Shown here piece after piece: positions 9,181 through 18,271 of a DNA stretch of 64,000 nucleotides. Location: positions 95,261 through 159,260 of the forward strand of contig JAFQFT010000021.1 of the NCBI GenBank assembly GCA_017398545.1. Reading direction: 5' to 3'. The notes beneath the pieces were generated by a model. It had not been told where the DNA came from, did no database searches, and was given only the letters and a program-made list of their open reading frames with translations. The DNA is from Bacilli bacterium. GTDB taxonomy: Bacteria > Bacillota_I > Bacilli_A > ML615J-28 > CAG-313. Both the position numbers and the translations under genes were made by a program. Positions within the stretch are counted from its first letter, which is position 1; each line of letters begins with the position of its first letter.

Positions 9181-9344
9181 ATTAATTTACCTCCTATCTA
9201 TATAACAAACAACTATAATATTTTTTTGATTCTTTCATATATAAAACAATTTAACATAGCATAAGGTGACAAAAAAGTTTTATATCCTCATCTATATTAT
9301 ACTATATGCAAAACCTTGATGTCAAATTATATAGATGTATGCTA

Positions 9345-9542
9345 TAGGTTCAAATCCAATCAACCGACTATTATTCCAACACCCTTAAAATACCCTATAT
9401 TCAAATCCATTTAATTGAACAAAAAATAAAATATCCATAGAAAATAAAAAAATTGCTCCAAATGGAACAAAATCTTTAAACTAGGTACTAAAACCTATAT
9501 ATTTTTACTACAAGTCAAGTGACTTATAGACACATTCTAATG
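9345..9542. repeat. Copy 2 of the ~200-bp intergenic repeat family
   Basis: Same termini as copy 1 (TAGGTTCAAATCCAATCAACCGACT ... GACTTATAGACACATTCTAATG). Confidence 0.8.
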
Positions 9543-9732
9543 TGTCATTACGACAAAAAGTGTTTTTTTATCGTTTTACAAATCAGAAAGTGCTTTTTTC
9601 TTAATTTACAAAACAAAAAGTTTCAAATGTTTCTTTTTGTCGTAATAACCTAATTTTAGTAACTGAACAAAAAGTGCTTTACTTAATAACAAAAGGATCT
9701 AACCATATCGGTTAAATCCTTTATTTTTTTAA

Positions 9733-10278
9733 TTACTTTTCAATATATTTAGCAAGAGTGTCAGTAATATGTGCGATTACTGATTGGTCAGCTTCTTCAT
9801 CAATTGCATTCATCAAAGCATTAGTTAAATTATTTATAATTTGTGTATTCAATTCTGATTCTTGTTTTGGTTGAAGTGATTTGAAAATATCTTGTAAAAA
9901 ATCAATCATCTTATTATTAGTTTCACAAATGCATTGAACAGGATTTTTTGCACCTGGAACAACTGACATATCAGCTAAATCTTTATTACTAACTAATTCC
10001 AAATTAATTTTAGTAATTTCATCAATCTTATTCATGATGTATGCTAAATCAATTTTTACTTCTTTGTTTTCATCTAAATTTATATTGTTATTATTCATTT
10101 TATTTTCCTCCAAAATTATATGTTTTGGTAGGTCCACAAGGCATATAGTATTTTCATCTACAACTCGTGCCCTACCATTCTTAATAAGACCCTTTGCCCT
10201 TTTAGGGTACGTAGATTCTAATTTATTACCTTGCTCATCAATGACAATAACGGTCTTTTTACCTTCTGTTTTTTCCAA
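9733..10278 (-). CDS. Hypothetical protein (181 aa); apparent TTG start after AAAGGAGGAG
   Basis: ORF with strong RBS; no family recognised. Upstream region 9547..9720 holds a 13-bp inverted repeat TTACGACAAAAAG/CTTTTTGTCGTAA and three AAAAGTG(C/T)TTT motifs. Confidence 0.4.
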   Translation of the reverse strand: MEKTEGKKTVIVIDEQGNKLESTYPKRAKGLIKNGRARVVDENTICLVDLPKHIILEENKMNNNNINLDENKEVKIDLAYIMNKIDEITKINLELVSNKDLADMSVVPGAKNPVQCICETNNKMIDFLQDIFKSLQPKQESELNTQIINNLTNALMNAIDEEADQSVIAHITDTLAKYIEK

Positions 10279-10479
10279 TGAGTGTCTCCTCCTTTATTAT
10301 GATAAACAATGTAGTCAATAACATTTTTAGTAATGAGTGTCTCTCCAATTGACAAATATATTATATCACATCAATTTATTTTTGTAAATCATTTTATTCA
10401 TATTTTAATACAAAGGAAAGCCAGGTAGAATTTATTTTGATGTTAACTAGCTTATTTCATATAAGTATAATTCTATTAA

Positions 10480-11778
10480 TTAAATTAAATGATTATGCTT
10501 TAACCATTTTTCTAAATATTTTGTTGGATTTTTTGAGTCAATCCAATAGTCAGGTAAGAATCCTTTTCCTTCTTCTTTACCTTCAAAAAATACTTTAAAA
10601 GGAATTGAAATATATATTTTTGATCTAGGTAATAAATATGATTTTATATCTCCAAATAAACCAACTCCGGCAGATGCAGAGCCAACAAAGACTACGTTTC
10701 TACATGAGTATGCATGTGCAATTGCGGCTTCACCTGATGATGCAGTCGTTTTATTTGTTACTACATATAACATACCATCAAATGTTCCCTTTGAAGTGTC
10801 ATATTCATCAGCATATAATATTTCATATTCTTTTTTATTATTTTTATTTCCAAATATATCATTTTTAATCATTGCCATATCTGTTTTCCAATGAGAATAT
10901 TCATTTAATCCTTTGATGAATTCCTCAGGGTATGCACTCCAACCACCACGATTACCAGCTATATCAAATATAACAACATTTTTGTTTTTTGATTTAGTAC
11001 CCATTTCATTAAATACTTTTAAATATTCTTTTGTGTTTTCATAGATAACATATTTTTTACTATGAAGAAGATTATAGTTTTTATGCTCAACAAATTTATA
11101 AATATATTCTGGACTATTTTCCTCATATTTATCAGCATATATTAAATGTGTCTTTAATTCGATGTTGTTAATTTCTAAAGTTTCAATCTTTTTGTTAGAA
11201 TATACACCAATTAAGTAACATTTTTTATTTGATAACGTTGTTAGTGTTGGCAACAATTTATCTTCAAGTGATGTTCTTGAAATTATAGTTTCTAAAGGTA
11301 ATTTTTTATTTCCTTTAATTACTTTATAATCATTGCCATATTCTTCTACAATAATACCTGTTACATATGCACGATATGGTTTATATGTTGGGAATACTGT
11401 AGTTTTAGTTTCAAAACTAAAATGACCATCGTTTACATATCTTCTAATATTTTTTGCTATTATTTTAGCTAATGCATTTGTATTAATTGTCTGTTCATTT
11501 AACTCTTTTAGCTCATTAATTATATTATTTTTTATATCATTAAAATCAATAAATTGGCTAAAGTACTCATAACCACTATAACAATACTTTAATGTAATAA
11601 ATAATTCTTCAACATCTAATATGGCTTCTTTTAAGGATAAATCTACAAGTTCACATAATTGTGTAGCTTCTTGAAAATTCATATCCTTATAGATATTCTT
11701 TATAATATTAATATCTTCATCTTTTAATTCAATAGCTTTATATTCTCCATATATTCTTTTAAAAGTATTACTATCCAT
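10480..11778 (-). CDS. S41-family (C-terminal processing, CtpA-like) serine peptidase domain protein with ~270-aa novel N-terminal region and no signal peptide
   Basis: S41 motifs VVIFDIAGNRGGW and VVTNKTTASSGEAAI (catalytic Ser context); consensus promoter TTGTAA-17-TATAAT and GGAGG upstream. Confidence 0.5.
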   Translation of the reverse strand: MDSNTFKRIYGEYKAIELKDEDINIIKNIYKDMNFQEATQLCELVDLSLKEAILDVEELFITLKYCYSGYEYFSQFIDFNDIKNNIINELKELNEQTINTNALAKIIAKNIRRYVNDGHFSFETKTTVFPTYKPYRAYVTGIIVEEYGNDYKVIKGNKKLPLETIISRTSLEDKLLPTLTTLSNKKCYLIGVYSNKKIETLEINNIELKTHLIYADKYEENSPEYIYKFVEHKNYNLLHSKKYVIYENTKEYLKVFNEMGTKSKNKNVVIFDIAGNRGGWSAYPEEFIKGLNEYSHWKTDMAMIKNDIFGNKNNKKEYEILYADEYDTSKGTFDGMLYVVTNKTTASSGEAAIAHAYSCRNVVFVGSASAGVGLFGDIKSYLLPRSKIYISIPFKVFFEGKEEGKGFLPDYWIDSKNPTKYLEKWLKHNHLI

Positions 11779-11848
11779 AGTTTTCCTCCAACAGTGTTGA
11801 TAGCAATATTATACACTAAAATTTAATTTATTACAACAATTATCTCTT

Positions 11849-12049
11849 ATAGGTTCAAATCCCATCAACCGACTATTTTTCCAACTACCATAAAATACCC
11901 CATATTCAAATCCCTTTAGTTGCTAAAATCTAATAACTCTACTGAAAAATAAAAAAATGCACCTAAACAGATGCATAATTCCTTGATTTTGATGTTAAAA
12001 TCGTTATATTTTCACTATAAATCTGATGACTTATAGACACATTCTAATG
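11849..12049. repeat. Copy 3 of the ~200-bp intergenic repeat family; its conserved end abuts or overlaps the encoded CCA of tRNA-His
   Basis: Shared start TAGGTTCAAATCCCATCAACCGACT and end TGACTTATAGACACATTCTAATG; the middle has diverged. Confidence 0.75.
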
Positions 12050-12124
12050 GGGCGAATATAGGGAGTCGAACCCTAGCATAACGGAGCCACAATCCGCCGT
12101 GTTAACCACTTCACCATATTCGCC
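12048..12124 (-). tRNA. tRNA-His (anticodon GTG) with encoded G-1, C73 and CCA
   Basis: Hand-folded cloverleaf: acceptor GCGAATA/TATTCGC, anticodon stem GCGGA/TCCGT with loop TTGTGGC, T-arm TAGGG-TTCGACT-CCCTA. The extra 5' G opposite C73 is His-specific. Confidence 0.85.
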
Positions 12125-12126
12125 AT

Positions 12127-12200
12127 TGGCAGGGGCAATAGGAATCGAACCCATATTAACGGTTTTGGAGACCGGTGTACTACCGTTGTACGATGCCCCT
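12127..12200 (-). tRNA. tRNA-Trp (anticodon CCA), CCA encoded
   Basis: Acceptor AGGGGCA/TGCCCCT, D-stem GTAC/GTAC, anticodon stem CCGGT/ACCGG with loop CTCCAAA, T-arm ATGGG-TTCGATT-CCTAT. Confidence 0.85.
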
Positions 12201-12288
12201 TCTATAATGCTATAATATTATAGCACTATTTTAATAAAAAATCAAGTAATTAACTTTATTAAAGTAAATAAGCTACCTATTAAGTAGC

Positions 12289-13308
12289 TTATTTTTCATT
12301 AGTCAGTCTTAATGAATCTCCTATCCAAACTAGTTCTAATTTATCAGTATTACTTGAGGCGATAGTGTATTCAATACCTGCTTCATAGAATTTAATTGAT
12401 TCATTATTTACAATTGCTGCAACACCACCAAGAATATAAATATCTCCATCAATATATTCTGTTTTAACTGTTTCATATGGTGTAATAAATTTTTCAATTA
12501 TTGTAATAAATGAACTACCAGAATATGTAAGTATTACTCTTTGCTCATTACCTGTTCCCGTTTTTACTTCTTCTTTTAATACAAGACCAGTTGGACAATA
12601 TGTAGGATATGACATTGCACGATCAAAATCAAGAATATCTTCTGTCATTACTTCTTTTAAAGTTTCCATTGTCTTATTGTTTTCAAATAGTTCATCATTA
12701 ATATCAATATCTGTTTCTAAGGTATTTACTTTAAAATGTGAAATTAATGTATCATCATTTTTATAAACACATACTTCTGTTGGAAGTCCTGTCTTATTAT
12801 CAAAAACAATCTTTTGATACATATCTTCTACATTATCAAATAATTTAACTTTTAATTTATATGTTGTAAATTCTTCTGTAGTTTCTACTTGTTTTTCTTC
12901 ATCTGCTATAAAATCTTTTGACAAAGATTGTAAAAGATATGGATAACTTGTAGTCATTGGCCAATTTGATGATACTTTGAAGTTTTTATTTAATGATGGA
13001 ATTAGTACATAAACTCCGTCTGTATTTTTTAAAATTACTTGTTTTTCTAATGAATTTGGTAATACCAATTCTACACGATATAAATCAGGATTTTTATAAT
13101 ATACACATACATTACTTACTTTTGATCCACTTGGAAAATTAGATTCTAATGTTCCAGTTAGTTTATAACTTTTTAAATCATTTACAATTTCTGGAAATGA
13201 TGCAACTTTATCTTGATTTTTCTTACAACTAGTAATTGTAAATGTTAATAACATCAAGAAACATACAAATAAACTTTTAATTAATCTTTTTTTCATTTTT
13301 TTATTCAC
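12289..13308 (-). CDS. Lipoprotein, function unknown
   Basis: Signal peptide + lipobox (FTITSC). Confidence 0.5.
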   Translation of the reverse strand: MNKKMKKRLIKSLFVCFLMLLTFTITSCKKNQDKVASFPEIVNDLKSYKLTGTLESNFPSGSKVSNVCVYYKNPDLYRVELVLPNSLEKQVILKNTDGVYVLIPSLNKNFKVSSNWPMTTSYPYLLQSLSKDFIADEEKQVETTEEFTTYKLKVKLFDNVEDMYQKIVFDNKTGLPTEVCVYKNDDTLISHFKVNTLETDIDINDELFENNKTMETLKEVMTEDILDFDRAMSYPTYCPTGLVLKEEVKTGTGNEQRVILTYSGSSFITIIEKFITPYETVKTEYIDGDIYILGGVAAIVNNESIKFYEAGIEYTIASSNTDKLELVWIGDSLRLTNEK

Positions 13309-13434
13309 CTAATAAAGTGTATGAATGTTTTTATAAATTATGAATATTTTAACAATTATATTTTATAAATTTATACATAAACTAAACATGGATTAAAATA
13401 ATTTAATTCAAATCTTAAGAATGGAGGTATAAAA

Positions 13435-13680
13435 ATGAGTGTAATTCAAAAAATTGCATTAGCAGTTTTAATCATCGGTGGATTAAACTGGGGATTAATT
13501 GGTTTCTTTGATTTTAATCTAGTTGGATTCATATTTGATGGAATGTCTCCAATTATCTCTAGAGTAATCTATGCTTTAGTTGGTATTGCTAGTATTACCA
13601 CTTTAATTGGATGGTTATTACCTGTTGAAGAAGAAGATTACGACTACGAAAAATCATATCAAAATAGTTTAAGTCACTAA
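13435..13680 (+). CDS. Small membrane protein, DUF378-like
   Basis: Two TM helices, motif LIIGGLNWGLIGFF; GGAGG RBS. Confidence 0.55.
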   Translation: MSVIQKIALAVLIIGGLNWGLIGFFDFNLVGFIFDGMSPIISRVIYALVGIASITTLIGWLLPVEEEDYDYEKSYQNSLSH

Positions 13681-13765
13681 TTAAATTTTCAAGATGGTGC
13701 TACTCTTAACATATTGTTTAAGTCGGTCTCCTAAACTAACTTTTTTTCAAAAAAAGGAGTAGTAT

Positions 13766-14002
13766 ATGGAGCAAATTTATAGTCCATCACTTGAAGTAAT
13801 GTTTGGTAAAAGAATCCAACAAATTAGAAAAGATATGAATTTATCTCAAAAAGATTTTGGAGCATTAGTTGGATTTCATAGAACATATATTGGACAAATT
13901 GAAAGAGCTGAAAAATGTGTTTCAATTAAAGCAATTGAACAAATTTGTAAATCCTTAAATATTAGTGTACAAGAATTATTTGATTTTTCAAATTTAAAAT
14001 GA
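13766..14002 (+). CDS. Small XRE-family HTH regulator
   Basis: HTH_3 (IRKDMNLSQKDFGALVGFHRTYIGQIERAE); AAAGGAG RBS. Confidence 0.7.
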   Translation: MEQIYSPSLEVMFGKRIQQIRKDMNLSQKDFGALVGFHRTYIGQIERAEKCVSIKAIEQICKSLNISVQELFDFSNLK

Positions 14003-14006
14003 TGGA

Positions 14007-14960
14007 TTATTCTCCATCATTTTTTTCTTTTCTTTTTAAATCATGATAATATGCCATAAGCGCTCTCATACAGTGACTAATACCTGATTTAGATAGTTTT
14101 TTACCAAAGAGATTATCTGAATAATAACTTAGTTCTTCTAAACTTGAATCAGGATATTCTTCTCGAAGTAGAGCTATTGTTTGAAGCCTAACAGGCATTT
14201 TTTCAAAATGTCCTCTACTTCTAATATATTCAATTGCTTCTAATTGTTCATCACAACTTTTAGCACATCTTATTTCGTTTGCTATATCACAGTTAGTCAT
14301 ACGATTTGCCATATTATTAACATCTCTTACAATACGTTGATCTTCAAAATAGAATACTCCGCTTGAAGCACCAATTATAGCTAAACAACTAGAAATATCC
14401 TCACTTCTTTTTACATATAGAACTGATTGATTTCTTCGTTCCATAATTGAAACATTTATTCCTTTTGATTTAAATAATCTTGCGGCAAATCTAATTAAGT
14501 TATCTTTTGATGAAGATATTTCAAAATGATAACAATTCTTTCTAGGATCGTTTATCGATCCTTTTGCTATAAAAAGACCACTTAAAAATGCAGATTTACA
14601 ACATGCATTTGAGATAATATCATCACTTCTTGATAAATGTGTAAAAGGCATAAGTTTAAACTCTCTAATAATTTCATCAGCATGATCAATTATTTCTAAG
14701 TAATAAAATCTTCTTTTTCTTAGAGAAACTTCATCTTTATAACTCATTCCAATGTTAACATCATAAAGTTCTTTAAGTAATGGCATCATTACTTTTAGAA
14801 CATTTAAAATTGTACTTTTCACAATTATTTTCATTCCTGATGATGTAATCATTATTTCACTATTACCTTGAAGTAGTCCATATAGAACTGCTTTTTTACA
14901 ACAATTATCAAGTGATGTAATATTAAGAAGTTCTTTTTTAACCTCACTTGCAAAGCTCAT
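14007..14960 (-). CDS. whiA: DNA-binding protein WhiA
   Basis: ~317 aa; N-terminal MSFASEVKKEL... and overall WhiA organisation (LAGLIDADG-like region + C-terminal HTH). Confidence 0.75.
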   Translation of the reverse strand: MSFASEVKKELLNITSLDNCCKKAVLYGLLQGNSEIMITSSGMKIIVKSTILNVLKVMMPLLKELYDVNIGMSYKDEVSLRKRRFYYLEIIDHADEIIREFKLMPFTHLSRSDDIISNACCKSAFLSGLFIAKGSINDPRKNCYHFEISSSKDNLIRFAARLFKSKGINVSIMERRNQSVLYVKRSEDISSCLAIIGASSGVFYFEDQRIVRDVNNMANRMTNCDIANEIRCAKSCDEQLEAIEYIRSRGHFEKMPVRLQTIALLREEYPDSSLEELSYYSDNLFGKKLSKSGISHCMRALMAYYHDLKRKEKNDGE

Positions 14961-14961
14961 A

Positions 14962-15882
14962 TTATAACTTCCTTGTTATTGCAACAGCAGCAACAACACC
15001 ATCTGCAACAGCTGTAATTACTTGTCTAGTTGTTTTATGAACACAGTCACCTACTGCATATAAACCAGGTACATTTGTTTCACGAGAATCATCTACATAG
15101 ATATATCCTTTTTCATCAAGAACACCATATTTTGCAAGCATATTAGTAGTTGGATCAAAACCAATATAAATAAAACATCCATGTGTAGGGATAGTTTCTA
15201 CTTCCCCAGTAATTTTATCTTCAATTACTACTCCTTCTAAGAAAGCATCACCAATAAATTCTTTAATAATTTTATTATTCATAATTGTCATATTTGGTGT
15301 ATTTTTTGCTTTTTCAACTAAAATCTTAGGAGCTTTATATTGTGGACTTCTTGAAATTAGTGTTACACCTTTACAAATTTTAGATAAATATAAACCTTCT
15401 TCAAAACCACTTGTTCCGCCACCAATAACAACAACTTTTTCATTAGAATATAAATTACCTTCACATAAAGCACAATATGATAAACCTTTACTCTTAAATT
15501 CATTTTCACCAGGAACACCTAAACTTCTAACATTACTTCCTGCCGCAAAAATTACATATTGTGTAGTATATTCGTTTTTCTTTCCTGTAACTTTAAAATT
15601 ACCATCTTTTTCTCTAACGATATCAATAACTTCATCACGAACTCTTTTTACTTTTTCATCTTTAATTTGTTGATGCATGATTGTAGCAAGTTCTACACCT
15701 GAGTTTTTTCTAAAACCTGGGTAGTTTTCAACTTGTGATGTCCAGATAAGTTTCCCACCTGGAATCCCTTTTTCTATCATTAGAACATTGATGTTAGCTC
15801 GCTTTAAGAAAAGACTTGCACTCATCCCAGCAGGACCTTCACCAATTACTATTACCTCATATTCTGTTTGCATATTTTTCAC
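14962..15882 (-). CDS. trxB: Thioredoxin-disulfide reductase
   Basis: FAD/NAD(P) Rossmann motifs (VIGEGPAG, VVVIGGGTSG) and redox CALCEG motif. Confidence 0.8.
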   Translation of the reverse strand: MKNMQTEYEVIVIGEGPAGMSASLFLKRANINVLMIEKGIPGGKLIWTSQVENYPGFRKNSGVELATIMHQQIKDEKVKRVRDEVIDIVREKDGNFKVTGKKNEYTTQYVIFAAGSNVRSLGVPGENEFKSKGLSYCALCEGNLYSNEKVVVIGGGTSGFEEGLYLSKICKGVTLISRSPQYKAPKILVEKAKNTPNMTIMNNKIIKEFIGDAFLEGVVIEDKITGEVETIPTHGCFIYIGFDPTTNMLAKYGVLDEKGYIYVDDSRETNVPGLYAVGDCVHKTTRQVITAVADGVVAAVAITRKL

Positions 15883-17485
15883 CTAATTTAACTAACTCTT
15901 TTGGATCAGATATAATTTCATCTGCACCCCATTTTTCAAATTCTTCTTTAGTCGATACACACCATGTCACACCACAAGTATATGATAAAGCGTTCTTACC
16001 CGTTAAAATATCAGTTTCAGCATCACCAATCATTAATACTTTTTTAACTTTATATTTATATTTAATTTGATTAATACAATCTGGATTTGGTTTAGCTTCA
16101 TTCATAAGTTCAGCACCAATAACATCATCAATATATTTATCTAAATTACATATTTTTAATCCACGATATACTTCTTTACTAATTTTATTAGATGCTACAC
16201 AAATTATAAACCCTAGTCCTTTTAACTCTGCAAGCGCATCTTTAATACCAGGATATGCTTTAATGTATTTAGCAGTTAATAATTCTGCATACTTAGCATA
16301 AGTATCAATATATAAATTTAATTCTTCTTCACTTTTTGCGTATTTCTTAAATGTATCATTAATATATGGACCAAAGAATGTATGTGCTTCATCCAGTGTC
16401 ATAGGATATGTTGGATTAATTTCTTTAAATGTTTCAATAACTATATTTTCAATAAGTTCATATGTATCAAGAATAGTTCCATCACAATCAAATACAATTA
16501 CTTTATTCTTTTCTTCTTTATCAGAATATCCTTCTAATATTAGTGTTGCATTATCCGCAAATAATGCTTCTTTACAAGAAATTAATCGATATTTAAATAC
16601 ACGTCTTACTACTGCAAGAGCAATACCTAAGACAATAAATAAACAAGAAATAAGTTGTGCAATTTTAATACCAGTATTACCGATCATTAACGCATCAGTT
16701 CTTAAAGATTCAATAAAGAATCTAAGTATTCCGTACCAAATTAAATAAAAACTAACACCATCACCAACATATATCTTTTTAATATATTTTCTTAAATTAG
16801 TATAAAGTAAAACACCAATTACATTAAATACAGATTCATATAGAAAAGTAGGATGATAATATCCAGCAACAGTCCATCCGCTTGCATTAGAATAAGGAAT
16901 ATACATTCTATCAATAATAAAGTTAGGGATTAATAATTTACTTAAAAACTCTCTTTGTGCAAGTAATGCTTCATCAGTTAAATGAGCAGTATCTGATACC
17001 ATACCTGGATACTTAATTAATGGACCAAATGCTTCTTGATTCATAAAGTTACCCCAACGTCCAATAGCTTGGCACATCATAAAAACAGGGAATAAGATTT
17101 CTAAAATTGGAATTAAATCAAGATGTCTAATTTTACAATAAATTGGAACATATATACTAACTGCTATTATTGCACCATGTATCGCAAGACCACCACTTGC
17201 TGGATTAATAACATCTAATAAATTATCATAATGATCTCCTGAAAATGCAACATAATAAAGTCTAGCCCCTAAAATACCAAATAATAAACCAAATGCCAAA
17301 CCTTCACTTAATGTATCAATTGATATCCCCATTCTTTTTAAAAATCTATAATAAGCAATTATAGAACAAGTTAATGCTCCACCTAAAATAATTACCGCAT
17401 ACCATGTAATTTGAAAATTACCTATGGATAATAATAATTTACTAGATGAATCAAATATAGGTCTTAAATTATTTGCTAGAAACAT
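15857..17485 (-). CDS. lgt: Fusion of prolipoprotein diacylglyceryl transferase (Lgt) and a HAD-family phosphatase (PpaX/YvoE-like)
   Basis: N-terminal Lgt motifs (ITWYAVIILGG, GRWGNFMNQEAFG); C-terminal HAD motifs (VIVFDCDGTILDT ... MIGDAETDILTG). One uninterrupted 542-aa ORF. Confidence 0.75.
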   Translation of the reverse strand: MFLANNLRPIFDSSSKLLLSIGNFQITWYAVIILGGALTCSIIAYYRFLKRMGISIDTLSEGLAFGLLFGILGARLYYVAFSGDHYDNLLDVINPASGGLAIHGAIIAVSIYVPIYCKIRHLDLIPILEILFPVFMMCQAIGRWGNFMNQEAFGPLIKYPGMVSDTAHLTDEALLAQREFLSKLLIPNFIIDRMYIPYSNASGWTVAGYYHPTFLYESVFNVIGVLLYTNLRKYIKKIYVGDGVSFYLIWYGILRFFIESLRTDALMIGNTGIKIAQLISCLFIVLGIALAVVRRVFKYRLISCKEALFADNATLILEGYSDKEEKNKVIVFDCDGTILDTYELIENIVIETFKEINPTYPMTLDEAHTFFGPYINDTFKKYAKSEEELNLYIDTYAKYAELLTAKYIKAYPGIKDALAELKGLGFIICVASNKISKEVYRGLKICNLDKYIDDVIGAELMNEAKPNPDCINQIKYKYKVKKVLMIGDAETDILTGKNALSYTCGVTWCVSTKEEFEKWGADEIISDPKELVKLGEKYANRI

Positions 17486-18032
17486 TTTTATTTACCTTCT
17501 TTCTAAATTTTAATAAATATGCTACAACAAATTTTTTAATTGAAATAAATATTACAATCGCAATTATATATGTTATAACACTCGCAAAAACAATTTCAAA
17601 TAATTGTAAACAAATAATACCACTTATAATAAATGATAAAAATGTAATTATAAGATTAATAAATCCAAAACTTATCATCATAATCAATGGATATTTCATT
17701 GTCAAATATCTATTAAACACAAAATCTAAAAAATTAGCAATTAAGAAAAATACTAAAAAATAAACAAACTTTGCATCGACTACATTCATTAATGTATTAA
17801 TTGTAAATATTAATATAAAATCTATAATTAGATTCTTTAAATAACTAATTATAAATCTTTTACATTTTACAAAGAAATTAACATTTTTATTATGATTAGG
17901 ATCTTTTTCTGAAAGTTCATTTAATAATTTAATTATTTCTTCTTCAGATAAATCTTGTAGATTTTCTATTTCAATCTTTATAGGTTCTTTTTCTTTATCG
18001 TCTTTATTATTATTCATATATACCCCAGTCAT
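17469..18032 (-). CDS. Small integral membrane protein, unknown function
   Basis: Multiple hydrophobic helices; overlaps the lgt start. Confidence 0.4.
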   Translation of the reverse strand: MTGVYMNNNKDDKEKEPIKIEIENLQDLSEEEIIKLLNELSEKDPNHNKNVNFFVKCKRFIISYLKNLIIDFILIFTINTLMNVVDAKFVYFLVFFLIANFLDFVFNRYLTMKYPLIMMISFGFINLIITFLSFIISGIICLQLFEIVFASVITYIIAIVIFISIKKFVVAYLLKFRKKVNKNVSSK

Positions 18033-18112
18033 AAAAAAAGGCTTTTAAGCCTTTAATTACTTAATATTTTATTTATATTTCATATATATATTATACCAAT
18101 TTTTCTTTATTA

Positions 18113-18161
18113 ATGCAATGTCATTGCAACAAATTATGACACACGCGAGAAAGTTGTTAAT
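18113..18161. promoter_or_regulatory. Two palindromes upstream of uvrA: TGCAATG-T-CATTGCA and TGTTAATATTAACA (candidate operators; not a canonical GAAC-N4-GTTC Cheo box)
   Basis: Perfect inverted repeats 80-130 bp upstream of the uvrA extended -10 (TGTGGTATAAT). Confidence 0.3.
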
Positions 18162-18271
18162 ATTAACATTTATTATATTTTTTAATCTTAGATATATACA
18201 ATTTTTATGCAACATATTTATATTATATTCATTTATGTGGTATAATATAAGATAAAGAGGTGGTTATATTT

